A stretch of 64,000 nt of DNA from Acinetobacter sp. (GCF_041919735.1 NZ_JAYRTF010000016.1:14459-78458); one strand, 5' to 3'; positions 19,562 to 29,894 are shown, numbered from the stretch's first letter. The notes: generated from the letters alone by a model not told the origin. Program-made: numbers and translations.

Positions 19562-21559
19562 TTATAGTCCTGTTGTTTTTATTTTCAAATGCTGAATCAG
19601 CACGCCATCAATGACAGCAGAACCCATATTAACTACAGAACCTGAAACATTTTTAAATACCACACCAGTTGCACTTGCATCACGATTTGCTTTGAGCATA
19701 TTTGTCGCTGGATCCAGCGTTACGCTGCCGACAGAAATACTGCTATGCGTTGCATTTGTTCCTTGATAATTTACCGATGCGCCACCTGCAGTTACCATAG
19801 ATGTATTAGAACCGCAATATGCAACATTACAAGTTGAACCTTTGAAAGAAGCTGTTGTTAAGTTTGTCCCAGTATTAAAGGTCGGATTTGGATCTGTATC
19901 TTTATACCAAGTATAAATTTTAGAATAAATTTCAGGTACATTAGGAATATGCGTTACTTCCAGAATAATATTATTGCCCTCAGAACCGATAATAAAAGGC
20001 TGATACATATTTCCCAGGACTAAATTCATATTTGCACTGTAAAGATATAAACCCTCAACAGCATTAAATAGCGGCGCATTACTGCCATCCAATGCCGGTG
20101 TAGCTGCTGTTCCATCATCTGTATCTGTTTTAGGAGCAGTACTGATACGAATACCTCTTGCATCTAAATCAGTATCAGTATCTTTAAGCGTTGCAGGATT
20201 ATCATTGGTATTCAGACGAATAATGGATGCCATACCTAGAGTCTGATTTTGCTGTGCCAAACTGGATGATTGTGTTTGAAATAATCGGACTTGTGATCCA
20301 TCAATACTTAAGCCATTCGCCACAAGCTGAGTGCGTAAACGGTATTCTTTGTCCAAACCGCTCGTTGGCGCGCCAGTAACAATATCTACTTCACTACTTG
20401 AATCCAGCGAACGTGAAAAAATATCCATCCAAAAACCGAGTTTAATTTTATCTTCCACGCTATTTCCGCCAACCTGCGCTAGGGGCGCTTCAAGTGCGAT
20501 ATAGGCAACTTTATCTTTATTAGAGCCAGTAAATTGCTGTATATCGGCTGCTGTACCTGAGCGCAATAACCATGGATTGGCTGCTGAACCCCAGTTAATT
20601 CCTTGATTACTGTATCGCTGATTCATATTGCCATTGCTTTTAGATAAGGCCAAACCATAGATAAATATATCAGCCTTGGTTCTAGATGCTTTTAACGCAG
20701 CCACATGATCTGTGGTATTCAATGCATTCGCTGCATCTGCAAGTGCTGATGCTTTCAACTCAGCTTCTTTTTCTGCATAAGATGCCTGTGCTTTCAACTT
20801 TGCGGCACGTATTGCTCGCAAATCCATTTCAGCATCTGTTTTGCTTTCCAGCAACCCATCAGTATAAGCTGTTATCTCTGCTGCTTTACTGGTTCGAATT
20901 TCAGCACGTACTGCCTCATGTGCCCATGCTTGAGTTTCCTCTTTATTCATACAAACTAAACTGCTTGTATGGAAGCACCAGTTATAGCTGTTGTATTTAT
21001 CTTGATACAAAGTATTATAGCGACTTACATAATAAGTTTGGGCTGCATATTCTTCGACTTTTTGGCTATCAAAGCTTTCTTTATAAGTTGCGCTGTAGCC
21101 ACTTTTTATATCTTTTCTGAGAGCTGCGTCATTATAGACCTTGCTGTATTCAGCATTTTTTACATCTGTATAATATTTCTGATAATAGCTGGGTACAACT
21201 GTGCTATATTTTTGAAAATAAATATTGTCATATACCGCTTGCCGGCTTTGTTCAAATAGCTTCTCATAGTTGCCGCCGCGCGGAATAATACGGATAAAGC
21301 CTGTATCTTTTTTTGAAGCTTCAAGCAGCTTCACTGGATCTGTTAAAGCACCATAGCTGGAAGCGGCCGAAACATCATTCGGCCCCTGAAACACCATCTT
21401 GAAGTTTTCAGGCAGCAACGCAACGCCTTCACCGGTCGTTGCTGAAAGCACAGAATCAGATAAATCCTGAAGTGCGTATACGGATTGCGTCAAAAGCATA
21501 GCTACAGCTACGGCCACGCAATTCTGGCGGAATGTGAAAATTTTATTAACACCAGTCAT
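19562..21559 (-). CDS. Secreted FilA/DUF6160-like protein, 665 aa, with a long helical insert
   Basis: Signal peptide (QSVYA) followed by LQDLSDSVLSATTGEG; first gene of the four-gene operon. Confidence 0.75.
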   Translation of the reverse strand: MTGVNKIFTFRQNCVAVAVAMLLTQSVYALQDLSDSVLSATTGEGVALLPENFKMVFQGPNDVSAASSYGALTDPVKLLEASKKDTGFIRIIPRGGNYEKLFEQSRQAVYDNIYFQKYSTVVPSYYQKYYTDVKNAEYSKVYNDAALRKDIKSGYSATYKESFDSQKVEEYAAQTYYVSRYNTLYQDKYNSYNWCFHTSSLVCMNKEETQAWAHEAVRAEIRTSKAAEITAYTDGLLESKTDAEMDLRAIRAAKLKAQASYAEKEAELKASALADAANALNTTDHVAALKASRTKADIFIYGLALSKSNGNMNQRYSNQGINWGSAANPWLLRSGTAADIQQFTGSNKDKVAYIALEAPLAQVGGNSVEDKIKLGFWMDIFSRSLDSSSEVDIVTGAPTSGLDKEYRLRTQLVANGLSIDGSQVRLFQTQSSSLAQQNQTLGMASIIRLNTNDNPATLKDTDTDLDARGIRISTAPKTDTDDGTAATPALDGSNAPLFNAVEGLYLYSANMNLVLGNMYQPFIIGSEGNNIILEVTHIPNVPEIYSKIYTWYKDTDPNPTFNTGTNLTTASFKGSTCNVAYCGSNTSMVTAGGASVNYQGTNATHSSISVGSVTLDPATNMLKANRDASATGVVFKNVSGSVVNMGSAVIDGVLIQHLKIKTTGL

Positions 21560-21756
21560 CTCGACCTTCCTTATTCAGATGCGCTGCATCTTTCTTATAT
21601 TTATTCCTTTTCCCGGCACTTTAATTCGTTTTATGCCATCGTATCCATGATGGGCTATGCCAAGCTGCTCTAACTTTTTATTATGCGGAATTATTGCGCA
21701 ATTGCAAAATAATCCGGCCGAAACACTCCGCTTTCCGATGAATGAATTACAAAAAA

Positions 21757-21784
21757 AATAAGCAGGATAAATATCCTGCTTATT
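21757..21784 (-). terminator. Intrinsic terminator downstream of dcd
   Basis: aataagcaggat-aaat-atcctgcttatt, preceded on the + strand by an A-run (U-tract on -). Confidence 0.8.
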
Positions 21785-21801
21785 CAAAAACTTAAAACCT
21801 A

Positions 21802-22371
21802 TTAAGCTTTCGGCAATGTTACACCTGTTTGACCTTGGTATTTGCCGCCGCGGTCTTTATAAGAGGTTTCACACACTTCATCAGATTCGAAGAACAGCAT
21901 TTGCGCAACACCCTCACCAGCATAAATACGCGCTGGCAAATTAGTGGTATTTGAAAATTCCAAAGTGACATGGCCTTCCCATTCCGGCTCCAGCGGCGTC
22001 ACATTCACAATGATGCCGCAGCGCGCATAGGTCGATTTGCCTAGGCATACCGTCAGCACATTGCGCGGAATGCGGAAATATTCGACAGTGCGCGCCAAAG
22101 CGAATGAGTTTGGCGGGATAATGCACACATCGGATTCAATATCAATAAAGCTTTTATCATCAAAGTTTTTTGGATCAACAATTGCAGAATGCACATTGGT
22201 GAAGACCTTGAATTCACGCGCGCAGCGTACATCATAGCCGTAGCTTGATACGCCATAAGAAATCAGCTTTTCGCCATTTTCATCAAAACGGACTTGGTTC
22301 TCTGCATACGGTTCAATCATGCCGTGTTTTTCGCTCATTTCGCGAATCCAACGATCAGACTTAATAGCCAT
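21802..22371 (-). CDS. dcd: dCTP deaminase
   Basis: [47 protein letters not shown]. Confidence 0.97.
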   Translation of the reverse strand: MAIKSDRWIREMSEKHGMIEPYAENQVRFDENGEKLISYGVSSYGYDVRCAREFKVFTNVHSAIVDPKNFDDKSFIDIESDVCIIPPNSFALARTVEYFRIPRNVLTVCLGKSTYARCGIIVNVTPLEPEWEGHVTLEFSNTTNLPARIYAGEGVAQMLFFESDEVCETSYKDRGGKYQGQTGVTLPKA

Positions 22372-22543
22372 GTATTTCTATCCAAAAAGCGTTAATTCAA
22401 TTATTGCGTGGTACTTTAACTGAAATCGGCAGCAATGAAAATAAGCCACAGGCAATGCCTGCGGATTTGGCACTTTTCCGGTGTTTTTGATTTCTGCATA
22501 TCCCTCCAGACAGAATATTCTGCATCAGGGCACGCTGACGGTC

Positions 22544-23146
22544 TCAGAGGGTGATTGCTTTTAAAATCGCGGTATAGCTGAGCGGAATGGAAAAGCACAT
22601 TAAAACAAGAGAAGCAGTTTTCTGCAAATTGCACTGATTCAGCCAGCTGATTTTATTGGCTGATAAAATAGAGCCGATCAACGTCCATAAAAATGCGATT
22701 GGAATGATCAGCAATAAAAATACCATCATATGCGCCACGTAATATTGGCTGTCCACCCATGCAATGGCCGGGAAAATAGCTGATGCAAACAGCAACGCTT
22801 TAGGATTCAGCAGCGTTGCCGCAAACAGCTGGCCCGGGCCAATGGTCGCTTGGTTGTATTCTTCGGCAGCGCCGGCAGTTTTCCACAAACGGACGGCTAA
22901 AAACAAAATATACCCAGCGCTGAACAGTTTCAAAATAGGCGGAAGCAAAGGCATATGCACTGAAATTTTGCCAATCAGGAACCCCCAAAGCGTAATTGAG
23001 ATTAAATAGCCAAAAGCTTCTGCGGGAATAAGGCGGAAAGATTTGCGTACACCTACCTGTATGCCAGATGATGCCAGCAAGGTATTGGTCGGGCCGGGCG
23101 TCAGAAGAATAGTGACGACTAAACCAATGAAAAACCATGAAATCAT
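22544..23146 (-). CDS. LysE/RhtB family translocator
   Basis: TPGPTN motif, LLNPKA motif, about six hydrophobic segments. Confidence 0.88.
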   Translation of the reverse strand: MISWFFIGLVVTILLTPGPTNTLLASSGIQVGVRKSFRLIPAEAFGYLISITLWGFLIGKISVHMPLLPPILKLFSAGYILFLAVRLWKTAGAAEEYNQATIGPGQLFAATLLNPKALLFASAIFPAIAWVDSQYYVAHMMVFLLLIIPIAFLWTLIGSILSANKISWLNQCNLQKTASLVLMCFSIPLSYTAILKAITL

Positions 23147-23439
23147 ACGAAAAACTCACCTTTGAGTGAGCGCAGATTAAATCAGTTCAATTCTAGACGC
23201 AAAAAAATAATTGTAAGCCAATATATGAAAATTAATTATTGTTAAATAATGATATAAATTTCATATATTTGTGAATAATCCATCAAAATTTCCGCCAAGT
23301 CATTCCTGCTTATTATTTCAACATTCTGTCAAAAATATTCTGAATTTACCGTCTAAAATACCAATTTAGACTGCTATAATGCGTAAAAGCAGGCAATCCG
23401 CCTGAGCTATCAAGAATTATTTTAAATTCTGAGATTCTA

Positions 23440-23465
23440 AAAAAACCCGGAAAATCCGGGTTTTT
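23440..23465 (-). terminator. Intrinsic terminator downstream of apbC
   Basis: aaaaaacccgga-aaa-tccgggttttt. Confidence 0.8.
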
Positions 23466-23496
23466 GCAAACTGCTTATTCGGCAGCAAAAATTCGC

Positions 23497-24765
23497 TTAG
23501 AAAATTCGGCTTTGATCTTTTTCGGCTTTCGGCAGCTTTTCAGCAATCTGTTCAGCTATCGCCATATAGCCCTCGGCAGCGCTGTCTTCTGCCAATACCG
23601 ACGGTTTTCCGGCATCCGCATTTTCACGGATTTGCACATTCAGCGGCAAACGGCCCAGCAAGGGAATATCATACTGCTCAGCCAGTTTATCACCGCCGCC
23701 CGTACCGAAAATCTGCTCTTCATAGCCGCAGTTTGAGCAAATATGCGTCGACATGTTTTCAATCACGCCCATGACTGGAATCTGCACGCGGTTAAACAGT
23801 TCAATGCCTTTTGTTGCATCCATCAATGCAACGTTTTGCGGGGTTGTTACAATCACCGCGCCCGTAACTGGAATGCGCTGCGCCAAAGTCAATTGAATAT
23901 CCCCTGTGCCCGGCGGCATATCAATCATTAGCACATCCAAGTCTGGCCATAGTGTCTGATTGAACAGCTGCATCAGCGCGCCTGTCGCCTTTGGACCGCG
24001 CCACGCCACTGGCGTATTGTGATCACCGGTTAAATGGCCAATCGACAGCACCGCCAAGCCATAGGCATCTAAAGGAACAAAATGCTCTGACTCAATCATG
24101 GGCGTTCTGCCGGCATTGCCCAGCATGGTTGGAATGCTTGGGCCGTAGATATCCGCGTCTAAAACCCCGACCTTTAAGCCCAGCTTTTGCAGCGCCAAGG
24201 CCAGATTGACCGTCGTGGTTGATTTGCCGACGCCGCCTTTGCCTGAGGACACCAAAATGACATTTTGAATGCGCGGATGTTTCGGCACATCACGCTGCTG
24301 CGGCGCGGCTTTTTGAATCGGCGGGTTATTGAGGTCTATTTCTTCGGCTTTAGGCGCAGGCGCTGCTGAAGCATCGACCACCGGCGGCAAGCTGTTTTTT
24401 GGCGCCGCCTGTTCAGTTTTGGATGCGCTCGAGCAGCTTTCGCCTTCTGCATGATGATGGCCGCAGCCGCCTGCCGCATGGCCGGTTTTTTGCTGGATCA
24501 CATGCATATTCAATTCAGTAATGCCGCATTTTTCCAAAGCATCGGCCAAATCATCATGAATTTTCTGCAGATCATCCGCTTCGGATGGCAGGGTGTTAAT
24601 CGTGATTTGCAGCACCTGCCCCTGCACATTGACTTGCGTAATGCGGTCTTTCAGGGCATGGTCCGAATTTGGCAAAACATAGCTTTGCAGCACGCGCTGA
24701 ATTTCATCTTCCTTGACTTCCTGCGAGGGTGAAAAAACCGATTTAAGCGAAGAAAGCCAAGACAT
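23497..24765 (-). CDS. apbC: Mrp/ApbC iron-sulfur cluster carrier ATPase
   Basis: SGKGGVGKST, DADIYGPS, DMPPGTGD, ENMSTHICSNCG; N-terminal extension. Confidence 0.95.
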   Translation of the reverse strand: MSWLSSLKSVFSPSQEVKEDEIQRVLQSYVLPNSDHALKDRITQVNVQGQVLQITINTLPSEADDLQKIHDDLADALEKCGITELNMHVIQQKTGHAAGGCGHHHAEGESCSSASKTEQAAPKNSLPPVVDASAAPAPKAEEIDLNNPPIQKAAPQQRDVPKHPRIQNVILVSSGKGGVGKSTTTVNLALALQKLGLKVGVLDADIYGPSIPTMLGNAGRTPMIESEHFVPLDAYGLAVLSIGHLTGDHNTPVAWRGPKATGALMQLFNQTLWPDLDVLMIDMPPGTGDIQLTLAQRIPVTGAVIVTTPQNVALMDATKGIELFNRVQIPVMGVIENMSTHICSNCGYEEQIFGTGGGDKLAEQYDIPLLGRLPLNVQIRENADAGKPSVLAEDSAAEGYMAIAEQIAEKLPKAEKDQSRIF

Positions 24766-25183
24766 AAAATTACTCCAAAAAAGCGCGAATACAGCAAATT
24801 ATTGATAGTTTAACGGCAAACACCGCTGAGGTTAAGCCATCTGCCGCGGAAGTTGGCAGTTAATTTTAAAAAACCAAGTATTTTACTTGGGTTTGAGCTT
24901 TGATCAGCTACATTTTCATACAATAATTGCATGATTATTTTGCTATAAATTTCTGTATTAAGCACTTGAAGCTTTGAGCGGACAGCCATCAGCAGAACTG
25001 AACATGCTGATTTGGCAGAAGTATTGTCCTTTGTGAATCACTGCACGCAACTGCAGCTGAAATAAATTCAAGGCCTGCACAGCAGCTGAATAAAAATTGC
25101 CGCTTTTGACTGATTCAATTGCTGCAATGCTTTTTCAGCAGCGCTGTGTTTCAACTGTTATATGTTTAATTTGGGGAATAAAA

Positions 25184-25486
25184 ATGAAAAAAACAGCCAT
25201 CTTGATTTTGGCCGCAGCGGCAAGTTTCAGCTATGCTCATGCTGCCGATGTAGAACGTTTTGTGACGGCAGAACGCCAGACCATTACGCTGGGCGATACG
25301 GTAGAAGATATGCAGGCGCGCATGAAAGCATCGCCGATGAGTGTGAATTCCCATGCATTGCCTGAAGGAGGCCAAAAAGCGCAATTGGCCATTGATTACA
25401 CCTATGAGATTGAAAATATGCGCTATGTGATCACCGTGATCAATGACCGGATCAATAAAATACAGACTGAAAGCTTGAATAAATAA
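25184..25486 (+). CDS. Small secreted hypothetical protein (start moved to MKKTAIL)
   Basis: RBS gggga upstream; typical signal peptide MKKTAILILAAAASFSYAHA. Confidence 0.75.
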   Translation: MKKTAILILAAAASFSYAHAADVERFVTAERQTITLGDTVEDMQARMKASPMSVNSHALPEGGQKAQLAIDYTYEIENMRYVITVINDRINKIQTESLNK

Positions 25487-25595
25487 CCAGTTTTCCTGTT
25501 CTATTTCAGGTTTATTTTTATTGCGGCTCTGCTGCGCAAGATTCTCTGCGCGAGCGGTGTGCCGCGCATAATCGTAAAGCCAGTCTGCTGCAGAT

Positions 25596-25627
25596 AAAAA
25601 AATCCATTGCCGAAGCAATGGATTTTT
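25596..25627. terminator. Bidirectional terminator between convergent genes
   Basis: aaaaatccattgc-cgaa-gcaatggattttt. Confidence 0.8.
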
Positions 25628-25675
25628 CTTTTAGGCTATTTTCAGCCAGCACATCTGCATGGCTTGCTGATGATT

Positions 25676-26137
25676 TTAAGCCTGATCATCTTTTTTGAAT
25701 TTGCCTAAAGCATCTGAAGCTTTCTTTTTCAGCTCACTAAATTTTTCTGTGGCCTGCACTTTCAATTCATCCAGCTTCACGGAAGCGTCCTGCTTCAATT
25801 CTGCAGCTTTCAATTTTGCCTCATCAAATTTATGGCTGGCTTCATCTTTAAAATGATCCAGTTTTTCCTGCGCAGACGCTTTGGCATGTTCAGCTTTAGC
25901 TTTCAGATCATTCACTTTTTCTTCAGCCGCCGCTTGGTTTTCAGCCTGCTGTTCCGCTGAATCATGCTTCAGTTCGTCCAGTTTCTTTTCACCTTCCAGC
26001 TTGGCTTCTTTGACCGAATGCTTCAAGTCATCGACTGCTTTTTCACCTTGCAGCTGCGCCGCTTTGGCGGAATGCTTCAGGTCATCCCCCAATTCGGCTG
26101 CTTTATTTTTCAATTCATCCAGCTGAGTATTGCTCAT
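25676..26137 (-). CDS. LEA-like hydrophilic helical repeat protein
   Basis: Start MSNTQLDELK; rich in K/E/A/D; three 18-aa repeats (D/E-L-K-H) followed by roughly 11-mer repeats. Confidence 0.75.
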   Translation of the reverse strand: MSNTQLDELKNKAAELGDDLKHSAKAAQLQGEKAVDDLKHSVKEAKLEGEKKLDELKHDSAEQQAENQAAAEEKVNDLKAKAEHAKASAQEKLDHFKDEASHKFDEAKLKAAELKQDASVKLDELKVQATEKFSELKKKASDALGKFKKDDQA

Positions 26138-26281
26138 CGCACGGCCCTCATTGATCTTATGCATTGTCTGACAATAGGTATAACATCAAATTGGAGAAAA
26201 AATATTCAGCGCATCATTTCGACACACATTATGACAAACTGAAATAAAGGCTTTTATAAACGCCTAAAGTAAAAACCGCCT

Positions 26282-27082
26282 TTATTTTTTCACCGTGCTG
26301 ATAAAGCTGATCATGGCAAACAGCCAAATAAATAGGATAAAACTGCGCTCCCGCGTAAAATGTGCCACATCAGAGCCATGCACAATATTATGCCGTGTCG
26401 CAGTCACTGTTGAACTGCTGTCCATTTTCAGCGCCTGCAGCTCTAAAAAATACGGATTAATATCGCTGGCAATTTTTACCTTATGCCATAAGCTTTTCAC
26501 TTCATGGCCTTTGAGGCCCGGCACAATTTTATAGACATCGACATATTTGCTTTGATTCAGCTGCAGATAACCGCGCTCTGCCAGCGCCTCGGTCAAAATC
26601 CCTTCGATTTGACTATACAGCACCGTCACACAGCCGGCATATGCCTGCTGCTGATACATTTGCAGGCATTGCTCAATCACAGCCCGGTGTTTAGGCAAAT
26701 TCACGCCAATCTGCAAGGCATCGACAGCATTCAGCAATTCTTTTTGAAAATATTCCTGTTCAATTAAATCCAGCAGTGCAAATTGCTTAATCTCAGTTTC
26801 ATTTTCATTGGCCATTTTCCAGAAATACAGCAGATTCAAAGCATCGTTGGCCGTGGCTGCATCGCTTTCAAATTCAATCTGATCGGCCAGCATATCAAAA
26901 TAAGATTCCGTCTGCGCCAAACCACGAAGCGCCGCCACCAGCTGGCCATGCGCTGCAGAACCCATGCTTTGCAAATACTGTTCAGCAGTTTTCAGGATCT
27001 GGCTGCCCAGCTGCTTTTGACTGCCGGCATTTTGCTTAATGCGCGTCACGGGCTGTGCAAAATCATAATCATCATCGATCAT
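26282..27082 (-). CDS. Hypothetical helical protein with a C-terminal HEPN-like RxxxxH motif
   Basis: 266-aa ORF containing YSQIEGIL and TRHNIVHG. Confidence 0.7.
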   Translation of the reverse strand: MIDDDYDFAQPVTRIKQNAGSQKQLGSQILKTAEQYLQSMGSAAHGQLVAALRGLAQTESYFDMLADQIEFESDAATANDALNLLYFWKMANENETEIKQFALLDLIEQEYFQKELLNAVDALQIGVNLPKHRAVIEQCLQMYQQQAYAGCVTVLYSQIEGILTEALAERGYLQLNQSKYVDVYKIVPGLKGHEVKSLWHKVKIASDINPYFLELQALKMDSSSTVTATRHNIVHGSDVAHFTRERSFILFIWLFAMISFISTVKK

Positions 27083-27592
27083 GGGGTTATCCTTCTAAAA
27101 ACGGGCCGATTGAAAAGAAATATTATCGCTGTTCTTGGCTGCAGGAAACAACTGCATTCACTTCACATTTCAAGATCTATTCACGGAGAATACGCTCGGT
27201 ATCACCTTGGGCTTTACAAATTGCACTTTACAGATTGCTCTTTACGCTCCTATTAAGGCTGCGCCAGATCAACACTGAAAGTTCATTTTCAGCATCACTT
27301 CAAGCCCGATAACCGTACTGAAAATTTGGCTATCTTGCAGACAGGACGGCCGCCAGCTGACATGACAGATATTTAATTGATGCGGCAGAGTCCAGCTCAT
27401 GCCGCTTATATACAGCGTTTGCACAGATTTCTATCTTCTGTCCTTGCGTCCAAATGGGCCCAAGGCGGCTGTCCAAGGCGCCAGCTGATTTCACTCTTTT
27501 GCAAAGATTTCACCGATTCCCTTGTGCAAGTCGAAGCTATCTAAGGTAAAATCGTTGACCTTATATAAAATACGAATGAGAGAGTCATATCC

Positions 27593-29650
27593 GTGCGTAA
27601 TATTTTAGTCACTAACGCCCTTCCATACGCCAATGGCCCGATCCATATGGGTCACTTACTCGGTTATATCCAAGCAGATATTTGGGTTCGTGCCATGCGT
27701 GCAATGGGTCATGACGTGACTTATGTCTGCGCGGACGATGCTCACGGTACAGCCATTATGCTGCGTGCCGAAGCCAATGGCATTTCACCGGAAGCACAAA
27801 TCGCCAATGTGCAAAAAGAACACATCCGTGATTTTGACGGTTTTGGTGTGCATTTTGACCATTATGACTCAACCAACAGTGCCGAAAACAAAGCGCGCTC
27901 GGAAGAGATTTATCTTAAAAACCGCGAAGCGGGCAACATTGCTGTGCGTCCTGTCACACAGTTATTCGACCCTGAAAAAGGCATGTTCCTATCAGACCGT
28001 TTCATTAAAGGCACCTGCCCGAAATGCAAAGCGGAAGATCAGTACGGTGACTCATGTGAAGTCTGCGGTACAACGTATAACGCGACTGAATTATTAAATC
28101 CGCGTTCTACTTTGAGCGGTGCAACGCCTGTTGAAAAATCTTCAGATCACTACTTTTTCAAATTGCCAAACTTTGGTGAATACCTGCAAAAATGGACGCG
28201 TGATGAAGGCCGCCTACCAACATCAATTGCCAACAAGCTGGATGAATGGTTTGAAAATGGCTTGAACGATTGGGACATCTCACGTGATGCACCTTACTTC
28301 GGTTTTGAAATTCCAGATGCGCCGAACAAATACTTCTATGTTTGGGTAGATGCGCCGATCGGCTACATGTCGAGCTTTGAAAATTACGTCAAAACCAAAC
28401 GTCCAGATTTAAACTTTGCAGACTACTGGAAAAAAGACTCTGACAAAGAAGTGTATCACTTCATTGGTAAGGACATTGTTTACTTCCACGCGCTGTTCTG
28501 GCCTGCAATGCTGGAAGGTGCGAACTACCGTACGCCGACTGGTTTATTCGTGAATGGTTTCTTGACTGTAAATGGTCAAAAAATGTCGAAATCACGCGGC
28601 ACGTTCATTAAAGCGGAAACCTATTTAGAGCATTTAAACCCTGAATATTTACGTTACTACTTTGCGTCTAAACTTTCGGATAAAGTTGAAGATTCTGACT
28701 TGAACCTTGATGACTTCGTGCAAAAAGTGAATTCAGACCTTGTGGGTAAAGTGGTGAATATTGCCAGCCGCTGTGCAAAATTCATTAACACCAAGTTTGA
28801 CAATAAGTTAAGTGCAACTTGCGTTGAGCCTGAATTGGTTCAAAGCTTTATTGATGCTGGTGCTTCAATTGCGGCTCAATATGAAGCGCGTGAATTTTCT
28901 GCGGCGATTCGTGAAATCATGGCGCTGGCTGACCGTGCCAACCAATATATTGATGAGAAAAAACCTTGGGCGCTTGCGAAGCAAGAAGATCAAGAACAGC
29001 AAGTACATGATGTATGTTCTGTCGGCATCAACTTATTCCGTCAATTGGCAGTTTACCTAAGCCCTGTACTGCCTACTTTGGCAGCGCAAGTTCAAGACTT
29101 CTTGAAACTTGCATCTTTCGATTTTGCTTCTGCGCAAACTATCTTGGTAGATCATGAAATTGCATTGTTCCAACCGTTAATGCAGCGTGTAGACCCGAAA
29201 GCTGTTGCAGCTATGGTCGATGCGTCTAAAGACTCTTTAGCTGCGGCGGCTGAACCTGCAAAAGTTGAAAAGAAAAAAGAGAAAAAGGCAGAAAAGAAAC
29301 CTGAGCCTAAAGTCGGTGAAGCAGAAATCATCAATATTGATGACTTTATGAAAGTTGACCTGCGTGTGGCGGAAGTTTTAGATGCGGCTCACGTTGAAGG
29401 TTCTGACAAGCTTTTACAACTTACCTTAAATGTCGGTGAAGCTGAGCCACGTAACGTGTTTAGCGGTATTCGTGAGTTCTACCAACCGGAAGACTTAAAA
29501 GGCAAATTAGTGGTGATGGTAGCGAACCTTGCGCCACGTAAGATGCGTTTTGGTATTTCGAACGGCATGGTGCTTGCAGCGGGTAATGGCGACGGCGTTT
29601 GGGTAATTTCACCTGAATCTGGCGCTAAACCGGGTGATAAAGTGTCTTAA
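27593..29650 (+). CDS. metG: Methionine--tRNA ligase with C-terminal tRNA-binding domain (GTG start)
   Basis: [11 protein letters not shown] (HIGH), KMSKS, zinc-knuckle CPKC/CEVC, C-terminal [11 protein letters not shown] domain. Confidence 0.98.
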   Translation: MRNILVTNALPYANGPIHMGHLLGYIQADIWVRAMRAMGHDVTYVCADDAHGTAIMLRAEANGISPEAQIANVQKEHIRDFDGFGVHFDHYDSTNSAENKARSEEIYLKNREAGNIAVRPVTQLFDPEKGMFLSDRFIKGTCPKCKAEDQYGDSCEVCGTTYNATELLNPRSTLSGATPVEKSSDHYFFKLPNFGEYLQKWTRDEGRLPTSIANKLDEWFENGLNDWDISRDAPYFGFEIPDAPNKYFYVWVDAPIGYMSSFENYVKTKRPDLNFADYWKKDSDKEVYHFIGKDIVYFHALFWPAMLEGANYRTPTGLFVNGFLTVNGQKMSKSRGTFIKAETYLEHLNPEYLRYYFASKLSDKVEDSDLNLDDFVQKVNSDLVGKVVNIASRCAKFINTKFDNKLSATCVEPELVQSFIDAGASIAAQYEAREFSAAIREIMALADRANQYIDEKKPWALAKQEDQEQQVHDVCSVGINLFRQLAVYLSPVLPTLAAQVQDFLKLASFDFASAQTILVDHEIALFQPLMQRVDPKAVAAMVDASKDSLAAAAEPAKVEKKKEKKAEKKPEPKVGEAEIINIDDFMKVDLRVAEVLDAAHVEGSDKLLQLTLNVGEAEPRNVFSGIREFYQPEDLKGKLVVMVANLAPRKMRFGISNGMVLAAGNGDGVWVISPESGAKPGDKVS

Positions 29651-29669
29651 TATCTAAACCGAAAATACG

Positions 29670-29701
29670 AAAAAGCCTCTACTGTTGTAGGGGCTTTTTT
29701 T
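29670..29701 (+). terminator. metG terminator
   Basis: aaaaagcctcta-ctgttg-taggggcttttttt. Confidence 0.85.
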
Positions 29702-29735
29702 ATTTTACCTCTCCGTTGCGAAGCAGTGCTTCTCA

Positions 29736-29889
29736 TCTCCTAAAAGGAGAGAGAAATTCTTTTTGAACCCCAAAGCGGTATTCAATCAGATGACTTGCGA
29801 CATGGATGTCGCCCGTTCGTTAGGGGCATATGGATGTGCCCCCTAACGAACAAAGGGGTTTTGTTACTTTTGCCCCGACAAAAGTAAAG
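29736..29889 (+). repeat. 154-bp structured direct repeat, copy 1
   Basis: Aligns without gaps to 31083-31236 with 15 mismatches by hand count. Internal hairpins: tctcc/ggaga, gcgacat/atgtcgc, gttcgttag/ctaacgaac and ttacttttg/caaaagtaa. Confidence 0.92.
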
Positions 29890-29894
29890 ACTAT

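Noticed and set aside
24766-27592. Three genes separating apbC and metG, which are adjacent in enterobacteria
   Set aside because: No mobility signatures or GC shift; probably an old lineage-specific arrangement.
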